Positions 27,371 to 36,816 of a stretch of 64,000 nucleotides of DNA are shown here, piece by piece. Below the pieces are notes generated by a model. It did no database searches and had not been told where the DNA came from. It was given only the letters and a program-made list of their open reading frames with translations. Origin of the DNA: Flavobacteriales bacterium (GTDB lineage: Bacteria > Bacteroidota > Bacteroidia > Flavobacteriales_F > PHOS-HE28); assembly GCA_016715995.1 (NCBI GenBank), contig JADJXF010000013.1, positions 69,636 through 133,635 on the forward strand, in the 5' to 3' direction. Position 1 is the stretch's first letter. Each line of letters starts with the position of its first letter. The position numbers and the translations under genes are program-made.

Positions 27371-28750
27371 ATGAGCGAAGCAATCGCAGCCGCGCATCGC
27401 CTCCGTACGCATTTTGACACAGGCGCCACCCGCCCTTGTGCTGCACGCCGAGATGCACTTCGGGCCTTGCGTGCCGCCCTGCGGAAGCACGAAGAGGAGC
27501 TGCTCACGGCCATGCGCGCTGATATGCGCAAGCCGCGCTTCGAGGCCTATATGAGCGACATCGGCTTGGTGTACGCCGCCATCGACCACGCGCTGAAGCA
27601 CTTGAAGGAATGGATGCGGCCGCAGCGGGTGCTTTCGCCGTTGGCGATTCAAGTGGCTGAGAGCAAGGTGTATCCCGAGCCGCTCGGCGTGGTGCTCATC
27701 ATCGCGCCTTGGAATTATCCAGTGCTGCTGCTGCTCACGCCATTGGTGGGCGCTTTGGCGGCCGGCAATTGCGCGGTGCTCAAACCCAGCGAGGATGCGC
27801 CGCACACCGCCGCCGCCGTGGAGCGCATGCTTCGCGAAGCGCTGCCTGCTGATCTGGTCGTTGTTGTGCAAGGCGCGGGAAGTGACATGGTGCCTCCGCT
27901 CATGCGTGGCTTCCGCTTCGATCATGTCTTCTTCACCGGCAGCCCTGGGGTGGGGAGAGCGATTATGGGGATGGCCGCTGAGCAACTGGTGCCCGTGACG
28001 CTGGAGCTAGGAGGCAAGAGCCCCGCCATCGTGGACCGCACCGCCGATGTGAAAGTGGCGGCCAAGCGCATTGCCTGGAGCAAGTACTTCAATGCGGGGC
28101 AGACCTGCATCGCTACCGACCATGCGTTGGTGCACGCCTCGGTGATCGATGAGTTCCTGGACCGGTTCGCACGCTTCGTGAAGAAGGCCTACGGAGAGGA
28201 CCCGCAGCAGAGCCCCGACTATGCCCGCATGGTGCATGATCGCCGCTTCCAAGCGGTGAACGCATACCTCGGCCAAGGTCAGAACGCTATCGGCGGCGCC
28301 ACGGATGCGTCCGATCGTTACATCGCGCCCACCGTGCTCACGCATGTTGCGCTCGATAGCCTGGTGATGCGCGAGGAGATCTTCGGTCCTGTGCTTCCGG
28401 TGATTCCTTGGAGCGAACCGGAAGAGGCACTCGTGATCACGCGCCACAACCCGCAGCCGTTGGCCGCATACATCTTCAGCAGTGACCGAAAGGCACAGCG
28501 CTTCTTCCGCGAACGCATCGCCTTCGGCGGCGGATGCATCAACCATTGCCTGCTGCAGTTCGGGCCGGAGGCACTACCCTTCGGCGGCGTAGGCGGCAGC
28601 GGCATGGGCCGCTACCATGGGAAGAGCACCTTCAATCTCTTCAGCAACCGGAAGGGCATCGTGCATGCGAGCACGCTCATCGATCCCGGCCTGCAGGAAC
28701 CGCCGTACACGAAGCTCAAGGAGCGCATCCTGCGGTGGGTGCTGAGATGA
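27371..28750 (+). CDS. Aldehyde dehydrogenase (class-3 / fatty-aldehyde dehydrogenase-like)
   Basis: 459 aa. Motifs are LELGGKSPAIV and the catalytic Cys in FNAGQTCIATDHAL. The short N-terminus is typical of class-3 ALDH. Confidence 0.85.
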   Translation: MSEAIAAAHRLRTHFDTGATRPCAARRDALRALRAALRKHEEELLTAMRADMRKPRFEAYMSDIGLVYAAIDHALKHLKEWMRPQRVLSPLAIQVAESKVYPEPLGVVLIIAPWNYPVLLLLTPLVGALAAGNCAVLKPSEDAPHTAAAVERMLREALPADLVVVVQGAGSDMVPPLMRGFRFDHVFFTGSPGVGRAIMGMAAEQLVPVTLELGGKSPAIVDRTADVKVAAKRIAWSKYFNAGQTCIATDHALVHASVIDEFLDRFARFVKKAYGEDPQQSPDYARMVHDRRFQAVNAYLGQGQNAIGGATDASDRYIAPTVLTHVALDSLVMREEIFGPVLPVIPWSEPEEALVITRHNPQPLAAYIFSSDRKAQRFFRERIAFGGGCINHCLLQFGPEALPFGGVGGSGMGRYHGKSTFNLFSNRKGIVHASTLIDPGLQEPPYTKLKERILRWVLR

Positions 28751-28753
28751 GTG

Positions 28754-28987
28754 CTATTCCAGCACTCGCTCAGCGCGTTTCGGGCGCAGCGCATCACGGA
28801 TTGACTTCAAGTGTTGCTCGTCGCACTCCAGGGTGGCCGTCACGCGCACGGGCAGCGTTGTGGTCCAATGCCGTTGCCCGCTGATGCCATTCCGCGCGCA
28901 GAACTCATCCACGTGCTTGAGGAAGTGCTCAGCGGTCTGCGGCGCGTCAGGTCCGAAGAAATCCCAGTGGAAGCGAAGTATGCCCAT
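28754..28987 (-). CDS. Hypothetical small protein (77 aa)
   Basis: The ORF is tightly packed between two genes. I do not recognise any family for it. Confidence 0.35.
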   Translation of the reverse strand: MGILRFHWDFFGPDAPQTAEHFLKHVDEFCARNGISGQRHWTTTLPVRVTATLECDEQHLKSIRDALRPKRAERVLE

Positions 28988-29015
28988 TGATGCCTAGCCG
29001 CTATTTTGCGCAAAG

Positions 29016-29645
29016 GTGGACACGCTGCTCTTCTTCCTGGTGGCTGCTTTGGCAAGCTTCATCGGCTCGGTGCAAGCCGGCGTGGTAAATACCGCGGTGC
29101 TGGCGCATACCGTGAAGTGGGGGCGCACCGCCGGGCGGCGCATGGCGGTGGGCGGGGCGATTCCGGAGTTCATCTACGCGGGTGTGGCCTTCCTGGGTGC
29201 GGGCTGGCTGGTGGATGTACTGGGCATCGGCGCCACAGGCATCACGCTGGTGGTCTCGGCCATTCTGCTGCTGCTGGGCGTGTACTTCGTCTTCATCTAT
29301 CGCCCGACCCCCCCCGCCCCGGATGAGGACAAACTCGCGGGCGACCTGCGACGCGGCCTCTTCCTGGGAATAGCCAATCCGCAGCTGCTGCTCTTCTGGT
29401 GCGGGGTGAAGCTCATGCTCGTCTCCTTCGGGATGCGTGGTGAATCAGTCGCCGACCTGCTCGCGTTCGCGATGGGTGCGTTCGTGGGCGCCATCCTGCT
29501 GCTGTTGATTCTGGTAGGGTTGGGGATCAAGGCGCAACAGCGCATGTCGCCGCGTGGGTTGAAACGGCTGTTCCGAGGCATCGGCATGGTGCTGCTCGCC
29601 AGTGGATGCTACGGACTGTTCCGCTCACAGGGCTGGGTGCCGTGA
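29016..29645 (+). CDS. LysE/RhtB-family amino-acid exporter
   Basis: 209 aa with six hydrophobic segments. The N-terminus LLFFLVAALASFIGSVQAGVVNTAVL is typical of LysE-type translocators. The start codon is a non-ATG (GTG) per the track convention. Confidence 0.7.
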   Translation: MDTLLFFLVAALASFIGSVQAGVVNTAVLAHTVKWGRTAGRRMAVGGAIPEFIYAGVAFLGAGWLVDVLGIGATGITLVVSAILLLLGVYFVFIYRPTPPAPDEDKLAGDLRRGLFLGIANPQLLLFWCGVKLMLVSFGMRGESVADLLAFAMGAFVGAILLLLILVGLGIKAQQRMSPRGLKRLFRGIGMVLLASGCYGLFRSQGWVP

Positions 29646-29787
29646 TAGCGTCGGCCGATTGAACGTTCGGCGGACCACTCTAGCCCGCCATCCCTCATTC
29701 GGGTGGCCTCTTCACCCATTCGCGTATGATTCGATGGGTTGTTATCCCATGGCACGAAGGGTGCTCACCATTCTGAAACCCTTCCCC

Positions 29788-29952
29788 ATGAACAACCTCA
29801 TCAACATCATCATCGTGCTGCTCATCATCGGATGGCTCGTAGGCTATATCGGCTTCGGGTCCATGGTGGGTGGCCTCATCCACATCCTCATCGTGCTGGC
29901 GATCATCGGAATCGTGTACCGGCTGTTCGGAGGGCGCAAAAGCGGCATCTGA
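29788..29952 (+). CDS. lmo0937-family small membrane protein (54 aa)
   Basis: This is the in-frame tail of track ORF 29602..29952, starting MNNLINIIIVLLIIGWLVGYIGFGSMVGGLIHILIVLAIIGIVYRLFGGRKSGI. It matches the lmo0937/DUF378-like small hydrophobic protein pattern. Confidence 0.5.
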   Translation: MNNLINIIIVLLIIGWLVGYIGFGSMVGGLIHILIVLAIIGIVYRLFGGRKSGI

Positions 29953-30179
29953 CCGCAGTGGGAGTGTCCTGAACGCGCCGGGCGACCAAGTGGCTCCTGG
30001 TGGTCATCCTGGTCCTCCAATGGATGAGCCGCATGGCAGCCGATTGCTACGTGCCGGAACAGGTAGAATGGCTGCAGGCGAGGTGGGCTTGTTGGTAGGC
30101 CCCTCCGCCAGGCATAGTCTTGAATTTTCTCGGTGCCGCGCCGAGGGGGGTACTAGGTCTAGCGGTCCCGGATATGCGG

Positions 30180-31115
30180 TCAAGGTTCATCATCCACCGT
30201 GGCGTGCGTGGAAGGGGTCACCCCACTGCCGTGGTCGCGCGCCTGCACATGCGTGAAGTGCGCCCCGTAGATCATGATCACCGCGGAATAGTATACCCAT
30301 ACAAGGATGATCACCACCGCGCCTGCGGCGCCGTATGTGTCCCCCACGCCAGCGTAGCTGATGTATAGCCCAATGAGGAACTTGCCCAGCGAGAAGAGCA
30401 AGGCGGTAAGCACCGCCCCACCCCAGACATCACGCCACCGGATACGCGCATCGGGCAGCACCTTGAAGATCATGGCGAAGATGGAGGCGATGACGCCGAA
30501 AGACAGCAGCACTTCCACCGCTGCGATAAGGAGCGCCATACTGCCGGATAACCATATCGCGAGGCGTTCTCCGAACGCGACGAGGATTGCGTCCAGCACG
30601 AGCGATACGAGCATGAGGAAACCGAAGCTTGCGATGAGGGCCAGGGACAGCAGGCGCGTGCCCAAGTATTTGACGATGGCCCGGCCGGGCTTGGCCGTCA
30701 CCTTCCAGATCCGGTTCAGTGTGCCTTGCAAGCTTGCGAACACCGTACCCGCGCTGATTACCAAGGCGGCGATGCCGAGCACTTTGGCCAGGAACCGCGT
30801 CTCAGTCACTTGGGCATTCTCCAGCATCTCCTGTAGCGACATGGCCGTTGCCGGTCCGATAAGGCGGCCTGCTTGGGCCATCAGCGCGTTGCGCACGGAG
30901 GCTTCGTCATAGACGGTCGCCGCCACCATCACCGTAATGATCATCACTGCGGGGAGCGAGAAGATGGTGTAGTAGGCGATGGCGGCCGCCTGGTTCATCG
31001 GATCGCTTTTGATGAACTCCCCGCCAGCCACAAGCGCGGTGGAGCCGAACCGCTTTGCCGCCGCACCTGCTCGTGCGTGGAGTGGTTCGCCCCCCCGACC
31101 TATGGGCTTGGACAT
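30180..31115 (-). CDS. YihY/BrkB (virulence factor BrkB / RNase BN-like) family membrane protein
   Basis: The track ORF 30180..31412 is trimmed to MSKPIGRGG, giving 312 aa. The family-typical YYTIFSLPAVMIIT... and multiple transmembrane helices are present. Confidence 0.75.
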   Translation of the reverse strand: MSKPIGRGGEPLHARAGAAAKRFGSTALVAGGEFIKSDPMNQAAAIAYYTIFSLPAVMIITVMVAATVYDEASVRNALMAQAGRLIGPATAMSLQEMLENAQVTETRFLAKVLGIAALVISAGTVFASLQGTLNRIWKVTAKPGRAIVKYLGTRLLSLALIASFGFLMLVSLVLDAILVAFGERLAIWLSGSMALLIAAVEVLLSFGVIASIFAMIFKVLPDARIRWRDVWGGAVLTALLFSLGKFLIGLYISYAGVGDTYGAAGAVVIILVWVYYSAVIMIYGAHFTHVQARDHGSGVTPSTHATVDDEP

Positions 31116-31405
31116 GGCGATGATGTTGGGACAGCGTCGATCCGTTGCGGGCATAGCGAAGCACGTTCCGGAACGATGGCGCTGACCCGCGGGTCCATTT
31201 GACGTGCGCGATTCGTCCGAAAGTGGCGGCCCATGCGGGTCGGCGTGAAGAGCGATCATGGACCACCCGAGGCGCGCCTTGCACGCAACGATGCGCATTG
31301 GGCATTTCCCTCCCCGTGGTCTATGCCGGAGCATCGCTGCCGATTCGGTGTGATTGACCCCGCAGGCGAGGAAGCGATCCGGCACGGCGATTACATTCGG
31401 ATACG

Positions 31406-32512
31406 TTGGCAATAGTGATCCAGTACTCCTCTTGTTGTTCGTTCGCCAGCATCGTCGTGCTTGCGTTCGTCACGACTGCGCATGGCCAGTCGGACCGACC
31501 TGCCCTTGCCGCAGTCGATACGAGCTATGTGCGCGACTTTTCCAACCGGCCTGCCATCAGGCTTTATCTGAGCGCCAAGTTCAACAGCATGGTGGTGCGT
31601 TCCAACGAAGACTTCACCGACCTCCGGTACAGGCCCAACGGCAACTACAACATGGGGATCGGCGCGAGCTACCGTCGGCTTACGCTGAACATCGGCTTCC
31701 CAATGCCCTTCGTCAACAACGATGATGAGGCCAAGGGCCGCACGCGCTTTCTTGACGCGCAAGCCACCCTGCACACGCAACGGCAGGCGAGCAACCTCTT
31801 CTTGCAGGTGTTCAAGGGCTACCACATCACCTCGCACACACCCTCCCGCATCGGATGGGACCAGACCACCAGCTATCCCTATCGCCCGGACCTGATCCAG
31901 TTCAACATCGGGCTCAGCTCCTTACGCATCGTGAACCATACGCGGTTCAGCTACCGCGCCACCTTCAACCAGGATGCTTGGCAGCAGCGATCGCAGGGCA
32001 CTTGGCTCTACGGCGGCTATGCGACGTGCTACGTGGTGAAGGCTGATTCAGCGCTGGTGCCTGCACGGCTGCTCGATGAATTCGGGAGCACCGCTCCAAT
32101 CGCCAAGGCACTGTTCGTGGACCTGGGCCCCATGGGCGGCTACGCCCACACCTTCGTGCATCGCACGCATTGGTTCCTTACGGTGAGCGGTGCTCTTGGA
32201 GCCGGGCCTAGCGTACAGCGCTTGCGGCTTCCAGCGAGCGACGGGACCACCACGCGCCTGGAGCTAGGACCAGGGTGGCATGCGCAATTCCGGGCGGGTA
32301 TCGGATACAACAGCCGGTACCGCTACGTTGGTCTCCTCTTCAATCAGGAGCACATCGGCTATGTGCTGCGCGCGCAGAACACGTTCGCATGGGATGTAGG
32401 GAACTTCCGCCTGATGGTGGTGCAACGGCTGAAGGACCGGCCCAAGCGGCTGGACAGGGGCCTACGCTGGTTGAAGAGGAACACGGCGTTGCCCGTTCCC
32501 GGGGCGCAGTAA
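31406..32512 (+). CDS. Outer-membrane beta-barrel protein (DUF4421-like)
   Basis: 368 aa with a signal peptide ending in TTAHGQ. It has alternating amphipathic beta strands and aromatic-rich segments (RLYLSAKFNSMVV, YRRLTLNIGFPMPF). Confidence 0.5.
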   Translation: MAIVIQYSSCCSFASIVVLAFVTTAHGQSDRPALAAVDTSYVRDFSNRPAIRLYLSAKFNSMVVRSNEDFTDLRYRPNGNYNMGIGASYRRLTLNIGFPMPFVNNDDEAKGRTRFLDAQATLHTQRQASNLFLQVFKGYHITSHTPSRIGWDQTTSYPYRPDLIQFNIGLSSLRIVNHTRFSYRATFNQDAWQQRSQGTWLYGGYATCYVVKADSALVPARLLDEFGSTAPIAKALFVDLGPMGGYAHTFVHRTHWFLTVSGALGAGPSVQRLRLPASDGTTTRLELGPGWHAQFRAGIGYNSRYRYVGLLFNQEHIGYVLRAQNTFAWDVGNFRLMVVQRLKDRPKRLDRGLRWLKRNTALPVPGAQ

Positions 32513-32531
32513 CGGCTCGACCAGCATCCGG

Positions 32532-32990
32532 TCACTCGCGGTCCGAAGCCTCGACCTCGGCCTGCGCTTCTTCGCGTTCCGCCTTTCGCTCGCGCATGCG
32601 CTGCCGCATGCTGCCGATGGCCGTGGCCAACGTGGAAAGCAGGCCCGGCCCTTTCTCTTCCTTCTCGCCGATCACCTTGCCCAGCAATACGCTCACACCG
32701 GTGTAGAGCATCCTCTTGAAGAATCCCTGTCGTGTTGACGCGACGGCCATGCCCACGGCCGCGACCGTGGAACCGGAGATGCGCCCGTGCAGCAGTTCAT
32801 GCACGCGCCTGTAGGGTGCCCAGTTGCGGAGCATGTCACCCATGGCATCGCGCAAGAGCACGCCCCGCGTGTCGGGGTCCTTCAGCAAGGCCCAGCGTTC
32901 CGCCAGTTGCCCGGCATGGACGTCACGCGTACGGCGTGCCTCCGCCTTCGCTGCGAGGAAGTGAGCGAGGTTCTTGTACCTAGTTGTCAT
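32532..32990 (-). CDS. Hypothetical protein (152 aa), co-transcribed with the upstream YqjE-like gene
   Basis: It has a single central hydrophobic segment (LYTGVSVLLGKVIG) and a charged C-terminal tail. It overlaps the upstream gene by 11 nt. Confidence 0.4.
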   Translation of the reverse strand: MTTRYKNLAHFLAAKAEARRTRDVHAGQLAERWALLKDPDTRGVLLRDAMGDMLRNWAPYRRVHELLHGRISGSTVAAVGMAVASTRQGFFKRMLYTGVSVLLGKVIGEKEEKGPGLLSTLATAIGSMRQRMRERKAEREEAQAEVEASDRE

Positions 32991-33393
32991 CGTTCAGGTC
33001 GTTGATCCGGTCCAGCACGAAGCGATCGCGAGCGCCATTTTTCCACCACAGGAGGAAAGCGCCGAGCAAGAGCAGGTAGATGCCTGCCACGAGCACAAAT
33101 CCCAAGGGGCGCGAGGCAAGCAGATCGCCCAGATAGAAGGCGAGCGCCACGTTCAGGAAGAGCAGGGCCATGCCGAGTACGACCACGATCGCCGTATGCT
33201 CCACCGCCTTGCCCATGAGGGTGCTGGCCTTCTCCGTGGCGTGCAGGGTGAGGTAGCGCCTCTGCGCCTTCGCATACCCCTGCATATCGCCCACGAGTCC
33301 ATCCATGAAGGAACTGAAATCGAGATGTCCCCCTTCCGCTGTAGCAGATGCGTGAGAAGGAGTGCCGTTGCTGCTTTCCGTGTCGTGCTGCAT
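32980..33393 (-). CDS. YqjE / holin-X-like (PF07332-type) stress membrane protein
   Basis: The track ORF 32980..33606 is trimmed to MQHDTESS, giving 138 aa. Two transmembrane helices (TAIVVVLGMALLFLNVALAFYLGDLL, LGFVLVAGIYLLLLGAFLLWW) and the upstream MDGLVGDMQGYAKAQRRYL pattern resemble YqjE-family proteins. The start is uncertain. Confidence 0.45.
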   Translation of the reverse strand: MQHDTESSNGTPSHASATAEGGHLDFSSFMDGLVGDMQGYAKAQRRYLTLHATEKASTLMGKAVEHTAIVVVLGMALLFLNVALAFYLGDLLASRPLGFVLVAGIYLLLLGAFLLWWKNGARDRFVLDRINDLNDDN

Positions 33394-33547
33394 GCAAAGC
33401 TCGTCCGCAATCCATCGGCCATTGACGAGCTCGTTGCGCGCATGCGCTCCTGTGCGCCTCCGGTGCGGGTGCGTGTTACCCGAAATGCCCTCCGTGCGGC
33501 CTTGCTGCGGAGGCATGTGTGGAGGGCCTTCCCCGATCCGTACCAAC

Positions 33548-34825
33548 CTATCCCCGATCCGTAAGCGGTACAACCAGGGAGCGGCGCACGAGCACAGCGC
33601 AACCAAGTCCCAACAAACAGTACCCGGTGAAGAGATAGAAGCCTACTTCCAAGGAAGAGTTGTTGGTGGTGAGCACGTGGATCGAGGTGACGTAGCTCTC
33701 CAGGTCGCCCAGCTGGCTGTTCACCACGCCGTTGAATCCGATGAACGCCATGAAGATGGCCACAACCATTACATCGGCCATGGACCACTTGCCTGCATGA
33801 TAGATGAGGAAGCGGACGAAGCGGCCGCGTGGCTCGATACCGCGGACCAGTGCGATCAGCGAGAGACCCATCTTGCTTGCGGGGATCAGAACGCTGAAAC
33901 TGAAGACCAGAAGGGCGACAACGGAAAGCGCTCCATCGCCATCGGTGAGGAGCACCCGCACCACTTCCAGTATGCTCTTGCTCTGGTGGAAGAGCACCTG
34001 GTCCTTGAAGACCACGGGTTCGCCGATGAGCACGAGGGAGAACTCCGCGATGCTCGCCTCGATGTCAATCATGGGAAGGAGCAGCCCCGATAGTAGCAGG
34101 GCCAATGCCGCGACAATGGTCGCGATCAACGGGATGCGTTGCAGCGGTGGCGAGAAGGCGGCAAGCGTGAAGAGTCCCAGGCTTGCGAGCAGGAGCACCA
34201 ATAAGTACGAGCGCTCCAATCGTTCGAGGTCCAACGAGCGGGCGCGGAGCAGTGCTATGCCGGCTGTCCTGTCCACCGCCTCGTATTTGACAAGCACCTC
34301 GTGGTATGCAGTCCGATCCACGAACCCATCCGTGCGCTCTCCAAGTTCATTCATGCGGTCGAGAATGAAACATTGGATCTCCTGCTTATTGCTCGGGTCG
34401 GCGGCATAGTCCAGCATCAGCTCCACGTAGCGTGGTATCCCGGATCGGATGTCGTCCACATCCACGAGCACGTCCATCAACACGTTCTTCACCAGCCCTC
34501 CGAACCCTTTCTGTTTGTTGCGGTCCTGCATCACCTGCTCCACCTCGGTGAGCAAGCGGTTCATGAGGTCCGTCAGTTGCGTCCTCATCTGCTCGCGGCT
34601 CTCTTCCGTGAGTTCGAATTCATTCACCTTCTTCTCCAGGATGGAGCTGATGATCACCCTCCACTCGGCGGGGTCGAACAGGCCATACGTGATGCTGCCG
34701 AGCTCCATCGCATCGACGCGCAGCACGCGCCGTTGCGTGGCCGATGAATGCACGCGCACCATGCAGAAGAGCACAACAAGGAGAAGTAGCGCCGCAGCGC
34801 TGTTGCGGATGATCGATCGCTGCAT
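33548..34825 (-). CDS. PqiA-like (paraquat-inducible protein A family) integral membrane protein
   Basis: The start is set at MQRSIIRNS within track ORF 33548..34855. There are multiple transmembrane segments, and the C-terminal GKWSMADVMVVAIFMAFIGF matches the PqiA W-S-M-x-D-V-F signature. Confidence 0.5.
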   Translation of the reverse strand: MQRSIIRNSAAALLLLVVLFCMVRVHSSATQRRVLRVDAMELGSITYGLFDPAEWRVIISSILEKKVNEFELTEESREQMRTQLTDLMNRLLTEVEQVMQDRNKQKGFGGLVKNVLMDVLVDVDDIRSGIPRYVELMLDYAADPSNKQEIQCFILDRMNELGERTDGFVDRTAYHEVLVKYEAVDRTAGIALLRARSLDLERLERSYLLVLLLASLGLFTLAAFSPPLQRIPLIATIVAALALLLSGLLLPMIDIEASIAEFSLVLIGEPVVFKDQVLFHQSKSILEVVRVLLTDGDGALSVVALLVFSFSVLIPASKMGLSLIALVRGIEPRGRFVRFLIYHAGKWSMADVMVVAIFMAFIGFNGVVNSQLGDLESYVTSIHVLTTNNSSLEVGFYLFTGYCLLGLGCAVLVRRSLVVPLTDRG

Positions 34826-35136
34826 GTGATGGCCCGGGAGAATGCTGGTCACCATGCAGGCATCGGGCCGCGCCTCGCGCTTCGCATCCAGCGCCTCCGT
34901 GGCGGATCACCCGACCTCACCGGGTTCCGCAGCGGCGGGCTTGCCGACCCAAGGTGTGGAGATTCCGCCCCGCTGCTCACTATGGAGGGGTGGAATCTGT
35001 ACGATCGAAAGCACGCGGCAAGCAGGGGTCAATAGGAGCTTGTCGCCGCCGCTCTAGCGTTTGATCGGGCCCGATGATGCACGGCACACCCTTGGGTTGA
35101 TGACAGGGCATAGAAACCCCAAAAACAACACGCACC

Positions 35137-35451
35137 ATGTCAACCAAAAGCACCATCGCCATCGCACTCACCGCCCTGGCAGCAGGCGCAGCCATCGGCC
35201 TTCTCGTAGCTCCCGCCTCGGGTGCCGAGACGCGCAAGAAACTCGCGAAGAAGGGAAATGACCTCAAGGACCGCCTAGCCGAGATGCTCGAAGAAGGCAG
35301 CGAGCTCATCGACAAGCTGAAAGGCGACGCAAGCGACCTCGCCGGTAAAGCGAAGGATGCTGCCAACACCGCCAAGGATCGCGTGAAGGATGCTGCGAAC
35401 GAAGTGGCTTCCGGCCCCCGCAGTACCGCTAACGGCGGCTATAAGGGCTGA
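35137..35451 (+). CDS. YtxH-domain general-stress protein
   Basis: 104 aa. MSTKSTIAIALTALAAGAAIGLLVAPASGAETRKKL is the canonical YtxH N-terminus, followed by a charged helical tail. Confidence 0.7.
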   Translation: MSTKSTIAIALTALAAGAAIGLLVAPASGAETRKKLAKKGNDLKDRLAEMLEEGSELIDKLKGDASDLAGKAKDAANTAKDRVKDAANEVASGPRSTANGGYKG

Positions 35452-35901
35452 ACGGATCGCGCCCGACCAACTGACAACCCCGGCACCTGGTGATCCAGGA
35501 TGTCGGGGTCGTCGTTCCTGACTGTCGCCAGGGCCACCTCGCAGTGCTTGCTATAGCGTTAGAGCGGTCATCCATCGTCTCACGTGGTTCCACAGGAGCA
35601 CTCACCTAGGCGCGGCAGCATGCGCACCGAACTCCCCGTCTCGGGGCCAATGGGCGGCGGGTCGGGGTGGTCGCTCCACAACAGGTGATTTCACGGTGAT
35701 TCGACCTCGGCGGTGCTTCCGTGCTGCATTGCAAGCTGGGCGCAGCGCTCCGGGGAGCGCAGGATTCCATCACGCGCTGTCGGGCGCTACGGACAGCGAT
35801 CTGCTTGAACTACGAAGGTGAACGGTTGAAGTTCCGACAACGGACAGGCCGAGCACACGAACCGCTCCGGCTATGGCGTCGGTGCTAATCCCCAGATCGT
35901 C

Positions 35902-36285
35902 ATGTCAGACCAGAACCAGAATACCGGCACCGCCCCAGGCGGCACCACGAGCAAGCCTGCTTCTTCGGAGAACAAGGGCACCAACCCGTCCACGGAACAG
36001 CGCGAACAGGCGCCGAAGACCCCGAACCACGAGCAGGGTCGCGAGCACGCACCGAATGTGAACGCCCAGAACGAAGCGGCGGATGCACGGCGCACGACGG
36101 AACAGGCCCATGTGCCCAGCGCCACGGGTAATGCCGCTGAAAAGTCCAACGGCAACGCGAACGATCGCAAGGACAACGTAGCCGGTGATGCCAAGCGCAC
36201 CACGGCCGATGGCCAACACGATTCCAAAAAAGAGAACGAGCCCGCCAAGATCGTGGCCGGCGACGAAACCAGCGGTAAGCGCTGA
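35902..36285 (+). CDS. Hydrophilic, intrinsically disordered (hydrophilin-like) protein
   Basis: 127 aa that is almost devoid of hydrophobic residues and rich in N, G, T, K, E, D and Q. It is preceded by a ~450 bp non-coding gap. Confidence 0.5.
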   Translation: MSDQNQNTGTAPGGTTSKPASSENKGTNPSTEQREQAPKTPNHEQGREHAPNVNAQNEAADARRTTEQAHVPSATGNAAEKSNGNANDRKDNVAGDAKRTTADGQHDSKKENEPAKIVAGDETSGKR

Positions 36286-36337
36286 TGCAACTGTGATCAG
36301 GTTCCGCAAGCGGGCGATTCGCCCGCTTGTGGTTCAC

Positions 36338-36481
36338 GGTCGCGCAAACCCTCAACATCCAGCACGAGCGGCATGAGAACCTTTTTGGTGCGTTGGAGCA
36401 AGGGGCGTCGGCCCATTGAAGTGAACTGGATGATCCTGGTGATCGCGCTTCTTGGCATTGGCCTATTGTTCTTCTATTGAT
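36338..36481 (+). repeat. Direct repeat copy 1 (~140 bp), containing an intact 35-codon ORF
   Basis: tcgcgcaaaccctcaacatccagcacgagcggcatgagaacctttttggtgcgttggagcaagggg...ttcttctattgatc is about 90% identical to the segment at 39514..39652 in the same orientation. Confidence 0.8.
36372..36479 (+). CDS. Putative small single-pass membrane peptide (35 aa) encoded inside repeat copy 1
   Basis: The translation is MRTFLVRWSKGRRPIEVNWMILVIALLGIGLLFFY. It is below the track size cutoff. The second copy of the repeat carries an in-frame TGG-to-TAG change. Confidence 0.3.
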
Positions 36482-36486
36482 CCCGC

Positions 36487-36621
36487 TATGATCCCTTCAA
36501 CCCGTCAGCGTGATATCGCTTCGCTGAAGGAACTCCTGATATCCTGGATTAGGGGAACCAAGAATGACAAGAACGAACTGCACAACATCCACGACCTGCT
36601 TGTGGACAGCCAAAAGGGCTA
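36487..36621 (+). CDS. Possible small ORF (44 aa) immediately after repeat copy 1
   Basis: The translation is MIPSTRQRDIASLKELLISWIRGTKNDKNELHNIHDLLVDSQKG. It sits in an AT-richer stretch and there is no supporting homology I can cite. Confidence 0.15.
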
Positions 36622-36816
36622 GTTGGACCAAGCGCGCATGCGTGGCGTAAACCCATTTCAGGACGAGTCAAGTAGTGGACCGGTAGGTGTGCTTGGTGCG
36701 TGGCTGCGATCCGGGCCGGGGTCCATACCACGGTGAGTGATCCTCCTGGCCTGATCCGGGTGCGATCGTTCACATACGGCATGGCACCCCGATGTGACCA
36801 TGCCAACCTCTAACGG

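Noticed and set aside
33362-34409. Plus-strand ORFs 33362..34093 and 33804..34409 overlapping the PqiA-like gene
   Set aside because: The minus-strand product has multiple transmembrane helices and the PqiA W-S-M-x-D-V signature. The plus-strand translations are Ser/Arg/Ala-rich without structure.
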